64,000 nucleotides of DNA from Candidatus Woesearchaeota archaeon (GTDB taxonomy: Archaea; Nanobdellota; Nanobdellia; Woesearchaeales; JAGVYF01). A program made the translations under genes and the position numbers. The notes beneath the pieces are model-generated. The model was given only the letters and a program-made list of their open reading frames with translations. It made no database searches and had not been told where the DNA came from. Shown in pieces: positions 44,808 to 55,273 of the stretch; position 1 is the stretch's first letter, and the number at the start of each line of letters is the position of its first letter. Where the stretch lies: contig JAHFLT010000002.1 of assembly GCA_023264635.1 (NCBI GenBank), positions 19,139 to 83,138 on the forward strand. Reading direction: 5' to 3'.

Positions 44808-47027
44808 ATGCTCAAAGATTTCACCCCTCGCTTGTATCAGGAAACTATCTTTGCAACCTGCACAAAAGATAATACGCTCGTTGTGCTACCGACGGGGTTG
44901 GGGAAAACTAATATATTTCTTATGGTGGCAGCATACAGACTGCTGCAGCATCCAAACTCAAAGGTTCTTCTTCTGGGTCCCACACGCCCACTAATCAAAC
45001 AATATTTTGATGTTTTTTCCCGACATCTCCAAATTAGTCAGGATGACATGGCTGTTTTCACTGGACAAGTCAGTCCGGAAAAAAGAGAAGAGCTGTGGAA
45101 AAAGGCACGCGTCATTTTCTCAACCCCGCAGGGATTGGAAAATGATATCATCAATAAGAGAATCACATTTGAGGACGTCTCTCTTCTTGGCATTGATGAG
45201 GCACACCGTGCAGTGGGAGATTATAGTTATGTCTGGCTGGCAAAGCAGTATGCTGAAAAGGCACAGTACCCCCGTATCGTTGCTTTGACCGCGTCTCCCG
45301 GTTCTGAGTTGGAGCATATCCAAGAAGTCTGTACAAATCTGAGTATAGACGAAATAGAAGTCAGGACAGAACGTGACAATGATGTTGAACCATATATCCA
45401 ACAGGTGAAGATAACGTGGGTCAGTGTCTCGTTGCCTGATGAATTACAACAGGTAAGAAAATATTTCAAGCTCGCGTGCGTCACAAAATATGATGAGCTC
45501 AAAAGCATTGGTTTTGTGCCGTATTTTCCACTTGACAGAGCTTCACGAAAAGACTTACTGGGTTTTCAGACAGAGTTACATGGCCAAGTCGCATCTGGTG
45601 ACAGGAGTAAGGATTTGTTGAGAGCAATCTCGCTGATGGCTGAAGTGATGAAGATACAGCATGCACTGGAGCTTGTAGAAACCCAAGGAATAACTGCAGT
45701 AAATAAGTATCTGTCACACCTTGAAGAGGAATCACGCATAACACGTGTCAAAGCAACCCAGAACGTCGTTGCTGACAGTTATGTCCGCATGGCTATTGCG
45801 AAATGCCAACTGCTGATGCAACAGAAGATTGAGCATCCAAAAATAGGAGAAGCAAAGAGAATCATTGCCAAGTGCATTGAAGTGAACCCATCAGCAAAAT
45901 TCATTCTTTTCAGCCAATACCGAGACTCTGTCACAAAGCTTGTCAGCGAGCTGAATACGCTCCAGGGTATACAGGCGCGTGTCTTTGTCGGTCAGGTGAA
46001 AAAGAGAGACACAGGTCTTTCCCAGAAGGAGCAGCTTGCATTGTTGGATGAGTTTAAGGAAGGAAAATTCAATGTGCTTGTCAGTTCATCTGTCGGTGAA
46101 GAAGGATTAGACATCCCTGCTGTTGACACAGTCATGTTCTATGAGCCTGTACCAAGTGCCATTCGTCACATTCAGCGCAGAGGGAGAACAGCGCGTCAAG
46201 AGAAAGGGAATGTCATTGTGTTGGTGACAAAGGATACGAGGGATGAGAGCTACCGCTGGAGTGCCTTCCACAAGGAAAAAAAAATGTACCGCTTGCTGGC
46301 AGAACTGAAAGGTAAACTCAAACTAGGCCAGAGACAGATTGTGCTCCAAACCAAAATAGAACAACCCTCCGAACTAAAACTAGTAAAAGTATATGCAGAT
46401 TTTCGTGAACGGGGAAGTAACATAGTCAAAGAGCTTATTGCATTGGGTGCAGACGTAAGATTGGAACAGTTGGATGTTGGAGACTATATTGTATCTGCCA
46501 GAGTCAGCATAGAATACAAGTCAGTGCAGGATTTCGTCCAATCGCTGATAGATGGAAGATTGCTTCCGCAGCTAAAGAGATTGAAGGATAATTTTGAGAG
46601 GCCAGTAGTCATTATAGAGGGCATTGAAGATCTCTACACAGTGCGTAATATTCATCCAAATGCGTTGCGGGGGATGTTAGCAACGATTGCAGTGAGTTTC
46701 GGAATCCCATTGTTGTTCACAAAGACAAACAAGGATACTGCACAAATGATAGCCACTATCGCACGCCGCGAGCAGGACGAGGATGACACTCTGCCTTCCC
46801 TGCATACGAGTAAAAAGCCAACATCAACCAAAGAATCGCAAGAGTATATCGTATCGGCACTACCCGGAGTTGGTGCTACGTTATCAAGACCGCTACTTGC
46901 TCAGTTTAAAACGATAAAGAATTTAGTTAATGCTCCTGAGGAAGAATTAATGAAGATTGATAATATAGGTATTGGCAAGGCAAAAAGGATTAGGGAAGTA
47001 TTGGATAATGAATATAGCGAAGGATAG
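44808..47027 (+). CDS. hef: Hef helicase-nuclease (archaeal FANCM/XPF homologue): SF2 helicase + ERCC4 nuclease + HhH2
   Basis: 'VLPTGLGKT', 'DEAH' ('GIDEAHRA'), 'SAIRHIQRRGRTAR', ERCC4 'ERPVVIIEGIEDL', HhH2 'LPGVGATLSRPLL...IDNIGIGKAKRI'. Confidence 0.85.
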   Translation: MLKDFTPRLYQETIFATCTKDNTLVVLPTGLGKTNIFLMVAAYRLLQHPNSKVLLLGPTRPLIKQYFDVFSRHLQISQDDMAVFTGQVSPEKREELWKKARVIFSTPQGLENDIINKRITFEDVSLLGIDEAHRAVGDYSYVWLAKQYAEKAQYPRIVALTASPGSELEHIQEVCTNLSIDEIEVRTERDNDVEPYIQQVKITWVSVSLPDELQQVRKYFKLACVTKYDELKSIGFVPYFPLDRASRKDLLGFQTELHGQVASGDRSKDLLRAISLMAEVMKIQHALELVETQGITAVNKYLSHLEEESRITRVKATQNVVADSYVRMAIAKCQLLMQQKIEHPKIGEAKRIIAKCIEVNPSAKFILFSQYRDSVTKLVSELNTLQGIQARVFVGQVKKRDTGLSQKEQLALLDEFKEGKFNVLVSSSVGEEGLDIPAVDTVMFYEPVPSAIRHIQRRGRTARQEKGNVIVLVTKDTRDESYRWSAFHKEKKMYRLLAELKGKLKLGQRQIVLQTKIEQPSELKLVKVYADFRERGSNIVKELIALGADVRLEQLDVGDYIVSARVSIEYKSVQDFVQSLIDGRLLPQLKRLKDNFERPVVIIEGIEDLYTVRNIHPNALRGMLATIAVSFGIPLLFTKTNKDTAQMIATIARREQDEDDTLPSLHTSKKPTSTKESQEYIVSALPGVGATLSRPLLAQFKTIKNLVNAPEEELMKIDNIGIGKAKRIREVLDNEYSEG

Positions 47028-47061
47028 GCAGAAAGGCTAGACAAGGGAGGACAAGATGCCA

Positions 47062-47076
47062 TTTTTATATTTTTAT
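47062..47076. terminator. Oligo-T tract between convergent hef and htpX (archaeal-type terminator candidate)
   Basis: 'tttttatatttttatt'. Confidence 0.25.
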
Positions 47077-47080
47077 TCCC

Positions 47081-47935
47081 TCACACGTTGTCTCTCAATG
47101 CATGTAGCCGAGCAACCCTATCTTCTGTTGCTGGATGCGTACTGAAAAGCGTAAAGAGCCCTTTTGCAGTGAATGGATTAGTGATAAAGAGGCTTGACGT
47201 TGCTTCTGAACCAAAAGGCATTGGATGACGCATAACATTGCGCTCTATTTTTTCCAATGCACGAGCGAGCGCCTCGGGGTCTTTGGCTAAGCGAGCTCCG
47301 CTTTCATCAGCAAGATACTCACGGCTACGTGAGATGGAGAACTGAATGATTGTGGCAATGATTGGTGTGAGAACCGCCAAGACGAGTAACCCAATCATAT
47401 TTCCGTTCCCACGATCTTCATCCCTCCCACCTGTACCAAATAGCGCTGCCCATTGTGCCATGTTGGCAAGATAACTAATAACGCCTGCAATGGTTGCTGC
47501 AATGGTTGTAATGAGAATATCCCGATTTTTCACATGAGAGATTTCATGCGATAGCACGCCACGTAATTCGTCTTTATCGAGGATGCGCAATATTCCTTCA
47601 GTAGCTGCTACTGCTGCATGCATTGGATTTCTCCCCGTAGCAAAAGCATTCGGTGTTTCCGTCGGAATGATATAGACTCGTGGCATTGGAATGCGTGCAA
47701 GATGTGCAACTTCTGCGACTGCTTTGTACAACGGATGCGTTTTGTCTACTTCCTGCGCACGGTACATCATCAGGACAATTTTGTCGGAGAAGAAATAACT
47801 AAACAAGTTTATCATTAGTGCAAATACCAGCCCTATGAAGAGACCTGCCTTCCCACCCAACAACTGCCCGGCACCAAGCATAAGACCTGTAAGCAAACCT
47901 AATAGGATAATGGTCTTGATTTGATTCTTTACCAT
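47081..47935 (-). CDS. htpX: HtpX-like M48 zinc metalloprotease
   Basis: 'HEISHVKNRD' HExxH; N-terminal TM helices; 'FSTHPATEDRV'. Confidence 0.85.
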   Translation of the reverse strand: MVKNQIKTIILLGLLTGLMLGAGQLLGGKAGLFIGLVFALMINLFSYFFSDKIVLMMYRAQEVDKTHPLYKAVAEVAHLARIPMPRVYIIPTETPNAFATGRNPMHAAVAATEGILRILDKDELRGVLSHEISHVKNRDILITTIAATIAGVISYLANMAQWAALFGTGGRDEDRGNGNMIGLLVLAVLTPIIATIIQFSISRSREYLADESGARLAKDPEALARALEKIERNVMRHPMPFGSEATSSLFITNPFTAKGLFTLFSTHPATEDRVARLHALRDNV

Positions 47936-47968
47936 AAAAGGTATAAAAGCTGAGACGAGTATAAAAAA

Positions 47969-49198
47969 TTATCTTTTATTTTTTTTCTCTTTGACAGTAA
48001 ACTCCTTATACATCTGCAATGTGTCAAACTGGACAAAAAACCGATACTCACCAGCTTCAGTAAAAGTAAAGTCTGCTTTCTGGTTCCAGAATGATGCAAC
48101 ATCAAAATAAGAGTATGGTTGAATTGTAATTCGCCTTGGGTCTATGCTGTAGACTTCCCCCCATTTCCCGCTCTTTTTCTTCTCCAGCGCAATAAACACC
48201 TTACCTTTTTTCTCTTCGTGAAACGGATTGGAGACAAAACTTGAGAACACTGGTTTTGGCCTGGTAACGGTGCATCCGCCTTTTCCATCACATCCATTTA
48301 TAAGACTACACACTGTTCCTTCTGGTAGGAAATTGTATGAACATTCACCTTGATGGCATGTTCCAACTGCGGAAAAGCAGCTGTCTGGTGGAGATGAACA
48401 AGCAACATTGCTGCACGGATCTGGAACATAGTTAACATGAACCTCTTTTTTTGTTTCATCGAACGACTCATCTTTGTGCGCGAATTGGAACACGATTGTA
48501 TTTTTACCTTCTTGCAGGTACACATTGAATGGTGACTGTACATTATGTTTGACCAGCTCCCCGTTAAGGAAAGCGTCAACGTGCATTGTCGAAGGCATAT
48601 TGTACGCCGTGAACGTAACCTGCATTTCAGGGTCATGGACAAGAGAAGACGACTCGACAAATAGTGTTGGGCCTGTAATGGCTGTAGCACTTACAGTAAA
48701 CGAGATGCTCTTCTCCAGTTGCTGCAGGACTTTATGGTCACGGTTGACGACAGCTACAGATGATACATGCTTGCCAGAGCCCAATGAACCTAAAGACGTG
48801 GGAGAAACTGCGTCATGATGAACAAGACCATCTATTGTGACATCTATGTGCGATCCTTCTGGCGGATGTGCTGTCTCAAAAAGGACCTCTATGCTGTCCT
48901 TCCGTCCATAGAAACCATTCTCAGTAGGCGCTGTGATGTGCAATGTAGATAGGGACGGTTCAACACACTTGGCATGTTCACATGCTAATGGAGGTTGACA
49001 TTCCTCCTCTACAGAATAAATGCACTTTGGCTTTTCACTTGACCCTGCTTTTTTTCCAATGACTATTTGATTGTCATCACAATGGCGTGTTGCGCATTGC
49101 CCGAGAAGTTTAACGCTAATCTGGTGGGCAAAGACTAAGTGAACAAAGACTGTTCCCATAAGCAACAGAAAACACAAAATAATAAAGAGGTTTTTCAT
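47969..49198 (-). CDS. Hypothetical secreted Cys-rich protein
   Basis: Signal 'LFIILCFLLLMGTVFVHLVFA'; ~24 Cys in N- and C-terminal clusters. Confidence 0.5.
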   Translation of the reverse strand: MKNLFIILCFLLLMGTVFVHLVFAHQISVKLLGQCATRHCDDNQIVIGKKAGSSEKPKCIYSVEEECQPPLACEHAKCVEPSLSTLHITAPTENGFYGRKDSIEVLFETAHPPEGSHIDVTIDGLVHHDAVSPTSLGSLGSGKHVSSVAVVNRDHKVLQQLEKSISFTVSATAITGPTLFVESSSLVHDPEMQVTFTAYNMPSTMHVDAFLNGELVKHNVQSPFNVYLQEGKNTIVFQFAHKDESFDETKKEVHVNYVPDPCSNVACSSPPDSCFSAVGTCHQGECSYNFLPEGTVCSLINGCDGKGGCTVTRPKPVFSSFVSNPFHEEKKGKVFIALEKKKSGKWGEVYSIDPRRITIQPYSYFDVASFWNQKADFTFTEAGEYRFFVQFDTLQMYKEFTVKEKKNKR

Positions 49199-49206
49199 AG
49201 TTACCG

Positions 49207-49488
49207 TTACCTTAGTTTTGGTTTATCCTCAACAGAATAGCTTTCTTTGTCAGGAGAAATGACGATACTGATAGCATTTAGTAGGACATCTGGTTCTCCT
49301 TGTGGTTTAGGGGGGGGAGGGAGTGTGGTGGATGGAGTATATGACGTTGAGGGAGTAGAGATTTCTTTCGTAACACTTTCTTTTGCGAGACGCTTTTCAA
49401 CCACTTTCTTCAGGCTGCACCCAGTAATAATCCCAGTAATAATAAGTCCTGCCATAATCCCAATCAGAATAAATACCACCCATCTCAT
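49207..49488 (-). CDS. Hypothetical small membrane protein (lipoprotein-like N-terminus)
   Basis: 'VVFILIGIMAGLIITGIITGC'; P/T-rich linker. Confidence 0.35.
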   Translation of the reverse strand: MRWVVFILIGIMAGLIITGIITGCSLKKVVEKRLAKESVTKEISTPSTSYTPSTTLPPPPKPQGEPDVLLNAISIVISPDKESYSVEDKPKLR

Positions 49489-49527
49489 ACGCTATGCTGA
49501 ATGTTTCATGCTTATCTATTTTTCCAA

Positions 49528-49896
49528 TTAGTTTTCCAATGTTTGTATATAATGAGGTAACCCCTCAATCTGTCTTAGGGGTGTGTAACGAAAGAGGAAT
49601 AGTCTGAATCGGTTATCAATTCTCACCCCTCTCTCAGACAACGCCCTCCTGAAATATGCAAAAAGTTTTTTCCCTTCTTTGTCTAGATCAACAAGGATAA
49701 TGCAATCCACATATTGGTCCGCAATGAATTCTACTGTTTGATAGTGCGGCCTTCCCTTTACAACATGCACATTGTGAATACCAAGCATTGCCAGCGCTGC
49801 GACGTCTTTTTTTCCTTCGACAAGAATAATACCTGTGCTGTCCCTTAGTTTATCTACCCACGCACCCATGCATGCTTCTACCTCTACTGTTTTCAT
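49528..49896 (-). CDS. Small Toprim-domain protein (UPF0292-like)
   Basis: 'IILVEGKKDVAAL' (conserved Glu) and 'CIILVDLDKEGKK' (DxD) define a Toprim fold. Confidence 0.55.
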   Translation of the reverse strand: MKTVEVEACMGAWVDKLRDSTGIILVEGKKDVAALAMLGIHNVHVVKGRPHYQTVEFIADQYVDCIILVDLDKEGKKLFAYFRRALSERGVRIDNRFRLFLFRYTPLRQIEGLPHYIQTLEN

Positions 49897-50000
49897 TCTG
49901 CTGTTTCCATTGGTATTTCCATTTTAGTAAGAGTAATAATTGGTATCCAAGGGGTAAATGTAATTAATAGGAGATATAAAGGTAGTATGCGCAATTGTCG

Positions 50001-50020
50001 GAAAAAATTTAAATAATTAC
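50001..50020 (+). promoter_or_regulatory. Candidate BRE/TATA box for the primase gene
   Basis: 'gaaaaaatttaaataattac' ~40 nt upstream of the ATG at 50055. Confidence 0.35.
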
Positions 50021-50054
50021 AGAAAAAGAATTAAACTGTAGCATCGTTCTTTCT

Positions 50055-51482
50055 GTGATGTTAGATCCAAGGATAGCATTGGAATATTACTCTAGACCAG
50101 AGATAAGGGAAGCAATCGTCGAACATGCAAAAGATAAGGAAGCTGTGGGCTCGATTAATAATGAGGTATTTCGAAAACGTCCTGATGTTCTCCAGTACCC
50201 GGCAGATGTCTACGAATTGGCAAAACAGGGTGTGACGAGCTTCCATGCCTCTGAAGAGAGATGGAGCAACCCTCTGTTTCTACAGCCCGGCATGCAGAGA
50301 AAAGTGATAAATGAATTACGAATTGGATGGGATTTGGTGCTGGATATTGACTGCCCTGACCTGGATCTTTCACGATTGGCTGCTGTCCTGTTGATACAGG
50401 CAATAAGATACCACGATGTAAAAGCAGTGACAATTAAATTCTCTGGTAACCATGGGTTTCACCTTGGCATTCCATTTGAAGCTTTCCCGGAAAAGATTGG
50501 TGACAAGGAAACATGTCTCATTTTTCCGGAAGCGCCCAGAATAATTGCCGCATATCTAAAAGACTTCATCGCGAGCCATTTGAGAAAAGATATGCTCCAA
50601 AGATACTCCCTGCAGGAATTGGCAGTGAGAGGAAAAAAGAAAGAAGAGGACATTGTAAAAAACGGGGAATTTGATCCGTATGCTGTACTTTCTCTAGATA
50701 CAGTCCTCATCTCATCACGCCATCTCTATAGGATGCCTTACTCATTCAATGAGAAATCTAATCTTATCTCTGTGCCCATTCTGCCAGAAGAAGTGATGAC
50801 ATTTTCTAAGGAAGATGCACAGCCGGACAAAGTATTTCCAAAAGCATTTCCCCATATGAAATTTCTTGACAGAGAAGTGATTCCTTTTGAAGCACGCCGC
50901 TTTGTACAGGAGGCATACGATCACAGGACACCATCTGAAGAGATATATACTATTGAAAAAAAAACACAGCGCGTAGAGCCCCAGGATGCTGTTTCCGAGC
51001 AGTTTTTTCCACCATGTGTACATAATATACTCAAAGGGCTGCCAGACGGCAAGAAAAGAAGTCTCTTCATCTTATTAAATTTCCTGCGGTGCTGTCATTG
51101 GCCAAATGAAAATGTTGAAGATCTTATCAATGAATGGAACAAGCGTAATCCAGAACCTGTCAGGGATATTTTCCTGCTTGGGCAACTGCGCTATTTCAAG
51201 CAAAAAAAAGAGAAAATCCCTCCTCCAAATTGTACGAATATACAGCAGAATCACCACGACATTGGTATCTGCACACCAGATAATTTTTGCCGGAAGATAA
51301 AGAATCCCGTGCAGTATGCAAAATGGAGAGCACGTAGCGCACGTCGTGAAACAGAAAAAGAAACAGCAAAGCCGAGAGAGAAACTTACTGAAGAACAAAA
51401 AGAAATGAGACGTCGCTATAGGCTGTCTGTGATAGACATGCCACCGGTATCACCGACGACAAATGTAAACTATTCTGAGTAA
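50055..51482 (+). CDS. priS: DNA primase catalytic subunit PriS, with a C-terminal Cys-rich region that may be a fused PriL-CTD-like module
   Basis: PriS motifs 'LVLDIDCPDLD' and 'FSGNHGFHLGIP'. C-terminal 'PPCVHNIL...LRCCHW...NCTN...GICTPDNFC' (6 Cys). Confidence 0.6.
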   Translation: MMLDPRIALEYYSRPEIREAIVEHAKDKEAVGSINNEVFRKRPDVLQYPADVYELAKQGVTSFHASEERWSNPLFLQPGMQRKVINELRIGWDLVLDIDCPDLDLSRLAAVLLIQAIRYHDVKAVTIKFSGNHGFHLGIPFEAFPEKIGDKETCLIFPEAPRIIAAYLKDFIASHLRKDMLQRYSLQELAVRGKKKEEDIVKNGEFDPYAVLSLDTVLISSRHLYRMPYSFNEKSNLISVPILPEEVMTFSKEDAQPDKVFPKAFPHMKFLDREVIPFEARRFVQEAYDHRTPSEEIYTIEKKTQRVEPQDAVSEQFFPPCVHNILKGLPDGKKRSLFILLNFLRCCHWPNENVEDLINEWNKRNPEPVRDIFLLGQLRYFKQKKEKIPPPNCTNIQQNHHDIGICTPDNFCRKIKNPVQYAKWRARSARRETEKETAKPREKLTEEQKEMRRRYRLSVIDMPPVSPTTNVNYSE

Positions 51483-51500
51483 CCTTTATATATCAGTGGA
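51480..51500 (+). promoter_or_regulatory. Candidate TATA box for the r-protein operon (~85-nt leader)
   Basis: 'cctttatatatca'. Confidence 0.3.
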
Positions 51501-51580
51501 CTTCCCTCCCGGTTACGGGTAAATAAGAGCCTGCAAGTGCGAGGACCATTGTCCTTAGCGTTTGGTACTCTTTCCAAACA

Positions 51581-52549
51581 ATGCCAACAAGAAGAAGTCC
51601 ACGTAGAGGAAGTATGCAATTCTGGCCCAGAAGGAGGGCTGAACGGGAATACCCGCGCATTAGACGCTGGCCTGCCCTTAAAGTAATCAAACCTTTGGCA
51701 GTTGGTGGTTATAAGGCAGGCATGACACATTGCCTAGTTATTGACAAACGACCTAACTCTCCCACAAAAGGAGAACAAATTTCTATCCCAACAACAATCG
51801 TTGAATGCCCACCGATGGTTTTATGCGGAGTCAGATTCTATAAAAATGCTCCAGAGGGCAAAAAAACAGTGACGCAGCTGTCTATGGAAAACCCAAAAAA
51901 AGATTTGTCAAGAAAAATTTCTTTACCGAAGAAAACAAAGACATGGGATACTATTCCCGAGTGGGATGATCTTGTTATCTTGGTTCATACGCAACCACGC
52001 AAAACAGGCATTGGAAAAAAGAAGCCGGAGGTATTTGAGATTGCACTCGGTGGCTCAAAAGAAGAGAAGCTTGCCTATGCAAAAGAAAAGCTTGGCAAAG
52101 AGATTTCTTTGCAGGATGTTTTTAAGAATGGGCAGATAGTGGATGTTCACGCAGTGACGACAGGAAGGGGATTTGTAGGCGCTGTCAAAAGGTTCGGTGT
52201 TGCCATAAGGCACCATAAATCAGAAAAAAGCAGGCGTGTGGCTATTATAGGTCCTGAGGGATATGCAAAGGTCAAGCACACTGTTTGTCAACATGGAAAA
52301 AAGGGGTATAATCTGAGAACTACTTATAATCTTCAAATGATTCTTCTCTCTGACAAAGTAGAGCAGGTGAACCAATCTGGTGGTATCAACAGATATGGCA
52401 TGATAAAGAATCCGTATGTCCTTTTGAAAGGCTCAGTGCCAGGACCAAAGAAGCGTTTTGTCCTTCTCACAGAACCAATCAGACCAGACAAGACGATGGA
52501 CACAAGACCGATGGAGATTTCATACATCAGTTCAGCATCGAAACAATAA
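51581..52549 (+). CDS. rpl3: Ribosomal protein uL3
   Basis: 'RRGSMQFWPRRRA', 'GYKAGMTH'. Confidence 0.9.
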   Translation: MPTRRSPRRGSMQFWPRRRAEREYPRIRRWPALKVIKPLAVGGYKAGMTHCLVIDKRPNSPTKGEQISIPTTIVECPPMVLCGVRFYKNAPEGKKTVTQLSMENPKKDLSRKISLPKKTKTWDTIPEWDDLVILVHTQPRKTGIGKKKPEVFEIALGGSKEEKLAYAKEKLGKEISLQDVFKNGQIVDVHAVTTGRGFVGAVKRFGVAIRHHKSEKSRRVAIIGPEGYAKVKHTVCQHGKKGYNLRTTYNLQMILLSDKVEQVNQSGGINRYGMIKNPYVLLKGSVPGPKKRFVLLTEPIRPDKTMDTRPMEISYISSASKQ

Positions 52550-52623
52550 ACATGATAAATGAAACAAGAAAAACAATACAATATCTAAACACAATACACA
52601 CATAAGTAGAATAAATCAACACA

Positions 52624-53427
52624 ATGAAAGCCATTGTAGTAAACACAGAAGGGAATGATGTGGGCAATGTCAATTTGCCAGATCAGTTTGATGAAGAATA
52701 TAGACCTGATATTATTAGCAGAGCAGTACTTACCATAGAAAGTAATAACCGACAGCCATTCGGCGCAGACCCGATGGCCGGGAAGCGTGCCGCTGCAAAA
52801 CTTTCACGTCGAAGAAGAGATTACAAAAGTGGTTATGGCAAAGGAATTAGCAGAGTGCCGCGTAAGACACTCTCTAAGCGTGGTGCACAGATGAACTGGG
52901 CAGGAGCATTTGCACCGGGAACAGTGAAAGGCAGGAAAGCTCATCCTCCAAAAGCAGAGAAAGACTGGAAAAAAAAGATCAACAAAAAAGAAAACAGAAA
53001 AGCTATTCGCAGCGCCTTGCACGCGGTCGCCAACAAAATGATTGTTGCTGCAAGGGGTTATGATATGCCAAAAACATATCCTGTTGTATTAGATGGTTCA
53101 TTTGAGAAGCTTGCAAAAACAAAAGAAGTCAAGGCGAGCTTTGAGAAATTAGGTTTTGCAGGGGAACTCCTTAAAGTAGCTGAGCATCATGTGCGTGCTG
53201 GACGCGGGAAGATGCGCGGACGCCGCTACAAAAGAAAAACTGGTCCACTCATCGTCATAGGAGATGTATGTCCTCTAAGAAACGCTGCAAAGAATCTTGG
53301 CATGGATGTCGTTGTTGTGAAGAATCTCAATGCAAAAGATCTTGCACCTGGCGCATTGCCCGGGAGACTGACGCTTTTCACCCAAAGTGCACTTGAGCGT
53401 ATGCAAAAGGAGAGGTTATTTGTCTGA
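52624..53427 (+). CDS. rpl4: Ribosomal protein uL4
   Basis: Operon position; 'GRGKMRGRRYKRKTGPLIV'. Confidence 0.85.
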   Translation: MKAIVVNTEGNDVGNVNLPDQFDEEYRPDIISRAVLTIESNNRQPFGADPMAGKRAAAKLSRRRRDYKSGYGKGISRVPRKTLSKRGAQMNWAGAFAPGTVKGRKAHPPKAEKDWKKKINKKENRKAIRSALHAVANKMIVAARGYDMPKTYPVVLDGSFEKLAKTKEVKASFEKLGFAGELLKVAEHHVRAGRGKMRGRRYKRKTGPLIVIGDVCPLRNAAKNLGMDVVVVKNLNAKDLAPGALPGRLTLFTQSALERMQKERLFV

Positions 53428-53687
53428 TGGACTCATACACAATAATCAAATATCCAGTAGCTTCGGAAAAGGCAATCCGCCTGATGGAAGCAGAAAACAA
53501 ACTTCTTTTCCGCGTTGACATGAAAGCAAAAAAAGATGACATAAAAAAAGCTGTTGAGAACATGTTTAAGACAAAAGTCATGCGTGTGCGGACACTTATC
53601 ACGGCACGCAGTGAGAAAAGGGCATATGTCACATTCAGCAAAGAAACACCGGCAATTGACATTGCAACACAATTAGGTCTGCTCTAA
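53427..53687 (+). CDS. rpl23: Ribosomal protein uL23
   Basis: 'IIKYPVASEKAIRLMEAENKLLFRVD'. Confidence 0.85.
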   Translation: MDSYTIIKYPVASEKAIRLMEAENKLLFRVDMKAKKDDIKKAVENMFKTKVMRVRTLITARSEKRAYVTFSKETPAIDIATQLGLL

Positions 53688-53688
53688 A

Positions 53689-54405
53689 ATGGGAAAATCA
53701 CTTGTACAACAAGCAAGAGGCCGGGGAGGCCCGACATACCGTGCACCGAGCTTTAATTATCTTGGAGAGGTAAAATATGTAGGTGCACAATTTTTGATGG
53801 GGACCGTTGTAGATATAGTCCATTGCCCTGGACATTCTGCTCCTCTTGCATCAGTAGTCTATGAAAATAAAGAAACAGGATTGTTGATAGCCCCAGAAGG
53901 TATAAAAGTTGGAGATCATGTTACTATGGGTGGTGACCCTCAATTGGGGAACACCTTGCTGCTGCGGGATATACCTGAAGGCACACTTATCTGTAATGTT
54001 GAAAGCAATCCGGGTGACGGTGGAAAATTTGCACGCGCCTCGGGGATATTTGCCAAGATACTGACAAAAGGGAAAAAAATTACTGTCATGCTTCCATCAA
54101 AAAGGCAACGTGAATTCTCGCCAGCGTGCCGGGCGACTATTGGCGTTGTGGCCGGTGGCGGAAGAACTGAAAAACCTTTTATGAAAGCGGGTATACGGTA
54201 TTATAAGATGAAGCAACGTAATAAATATTGGCCACGTACATCTGGCACAAGCCAGAATGCAGTTGATCATCCATTCGGTGGCAAGCGCTCAAGCAGGAAG
54301 GGAAGGCCTACTGTTGCACCGAGATTTGCACCAGCAGGTCGTAAAGTCGGTAAACTGCATCCACGGAAGACCGGCCGCTTCAAGATGAAGAAGGTGACTG
54401 CATAA
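53689..54405 (+). CDS. rpl2: Ribosomal protein uL2
   Basis: '[11 protein letters not shown]', '[15 protein letters not shown]'. Confidence 0.9.
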   Translation: MGKSLVQQARGRGGPTYRAPSFNYLGEVKYVGAQFLMGTVVDIVHCPGHSAPLASVVYENKETGLLIAPEGIKVGDHVTMGGDPQLGNTLLLRDIPEGTLICNVESNPGDGGKFARASGIFAKILTKGKKITVMLPSKRQREFSPACRATIGVVAGGGRTEKPFMKAGIRYYKMKQRNKYWPRTSGTSQNAVDHPFGGKRSSRKGRPTVAPRFAPAGRKVGKLHPRKTGRFKMKKVTA

Positions 54406-54788
54406 TGGTCAAGAAAGAATTCACCTATCGCGGAAAAACAGAAACTGAACTGAAGAATATGTCACTGCCGGAATTGTCATTGTTGCTCACTGCACGCCCG
54501 AGACGAACACTCAAGCGGGGATTCAACGACTACCAGAAAACCTTGCTGAAAAAGATAAGAAACGGTGAAAAAAACATCAAGACACACGATCGCGATATGC
54601 TTATACTTCCAGAGATGTTCGGTGCAATGGTTAAAGTATATAATGGCAAAGAATTCCAATTAGTAACAATTATACCGGATATGCTTGGGCATTATCTTGG
54701 GGAATTTGCCATGACGAGAAAATCAGTTAGGCACAATGCGCCCGGCATTGGAGCAACTAAGTCCAGTGCCAGCGCTTCGGTGAAGTAA
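54405..54788 (+). CDS. rps19: Ribosomal protein uS19
   Basis: '[30 protein letters not shown]'. Confidence 0.85.
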   Translation: MVKKEFTYRGKTETELKNMSLPELSLLLTARPRRTLKRGFNDYQKTLLKKIRNGEKNIKTHDRDMLILPEMFGAMVKVYNGKEFQLVTIIPDMLGHYLGEFAMTRKSVRHNAPGIGATKSSASASVK

Positions 54789-54814
54789 ATGGAGTACAAG
54801 TAAGTGAAGTAAAA

Positions 54815-55273
54815 ATGGCATACCACTATGCAACACAGGTCGCTAATGAACACACGGCTCGCGCTGTGGGAAAAGAACTAAACATTTCGTCAAAAATAGC
54901 TGTTGAAGTGTGCAGCTATCTCCGCAATCGCCGGTTGCAGGATGCGAAGAGGCGCCTAGGCAACGTCCTTGCCAAGCAGGAAGCGATTCCTGTCAAACGC
55001 TATAATTTTGATTTAGCTCACAAAAAAGGGGGAGTTGGTCCTGGTAGATATCCTATTAAAACATGCAAAGCCATCTTGGGTATTTTGGAATCTGCTGAAG
55101 CAAATGCTCAATTCAAGGGCTTGAACACATCACTGTTACAGATAATCCATATTTGTTCGCACAATGCGGGAAAGAGTATCCATTACGGCAGGAGAAGCGG
55201 CAGGGAAATGAAAAAAACCCACGTGGAAGTTGTAGTGGAAGAGAAAGGAGAGAAAGAAGAGATCAAAAAATGA
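54815..55273 (+). CDS. rpl22: Ribosomal protein uL22
   Basis: Operon position; 'ARAVGKELNISSKIAVEVCSYLR'. Confidence 0.8.
   Translation: MAYHYATQVANEHTARAVGKELNISSKIAVEVCSYLRNRRLQDAKRRLGNVLAKQEAIPVKRYNFDLAHKKGGVGPGRYPIKTCKAILGILESAEANAQFKGLNTSLLQIIHICSHNAGKSIHYGRRSGREMKKTHVEVVVEEKGEKEEIKK

Noticed and set aside
55153-55270. N-terminal 39-aa extension of the uS3 ORF overlapping uL22
   Set aside because: The extension is out of family. The ATGA stop/start overlap at 55270-55273 gives the canonical uS3 N-terminus 'MIERKFVQ'.
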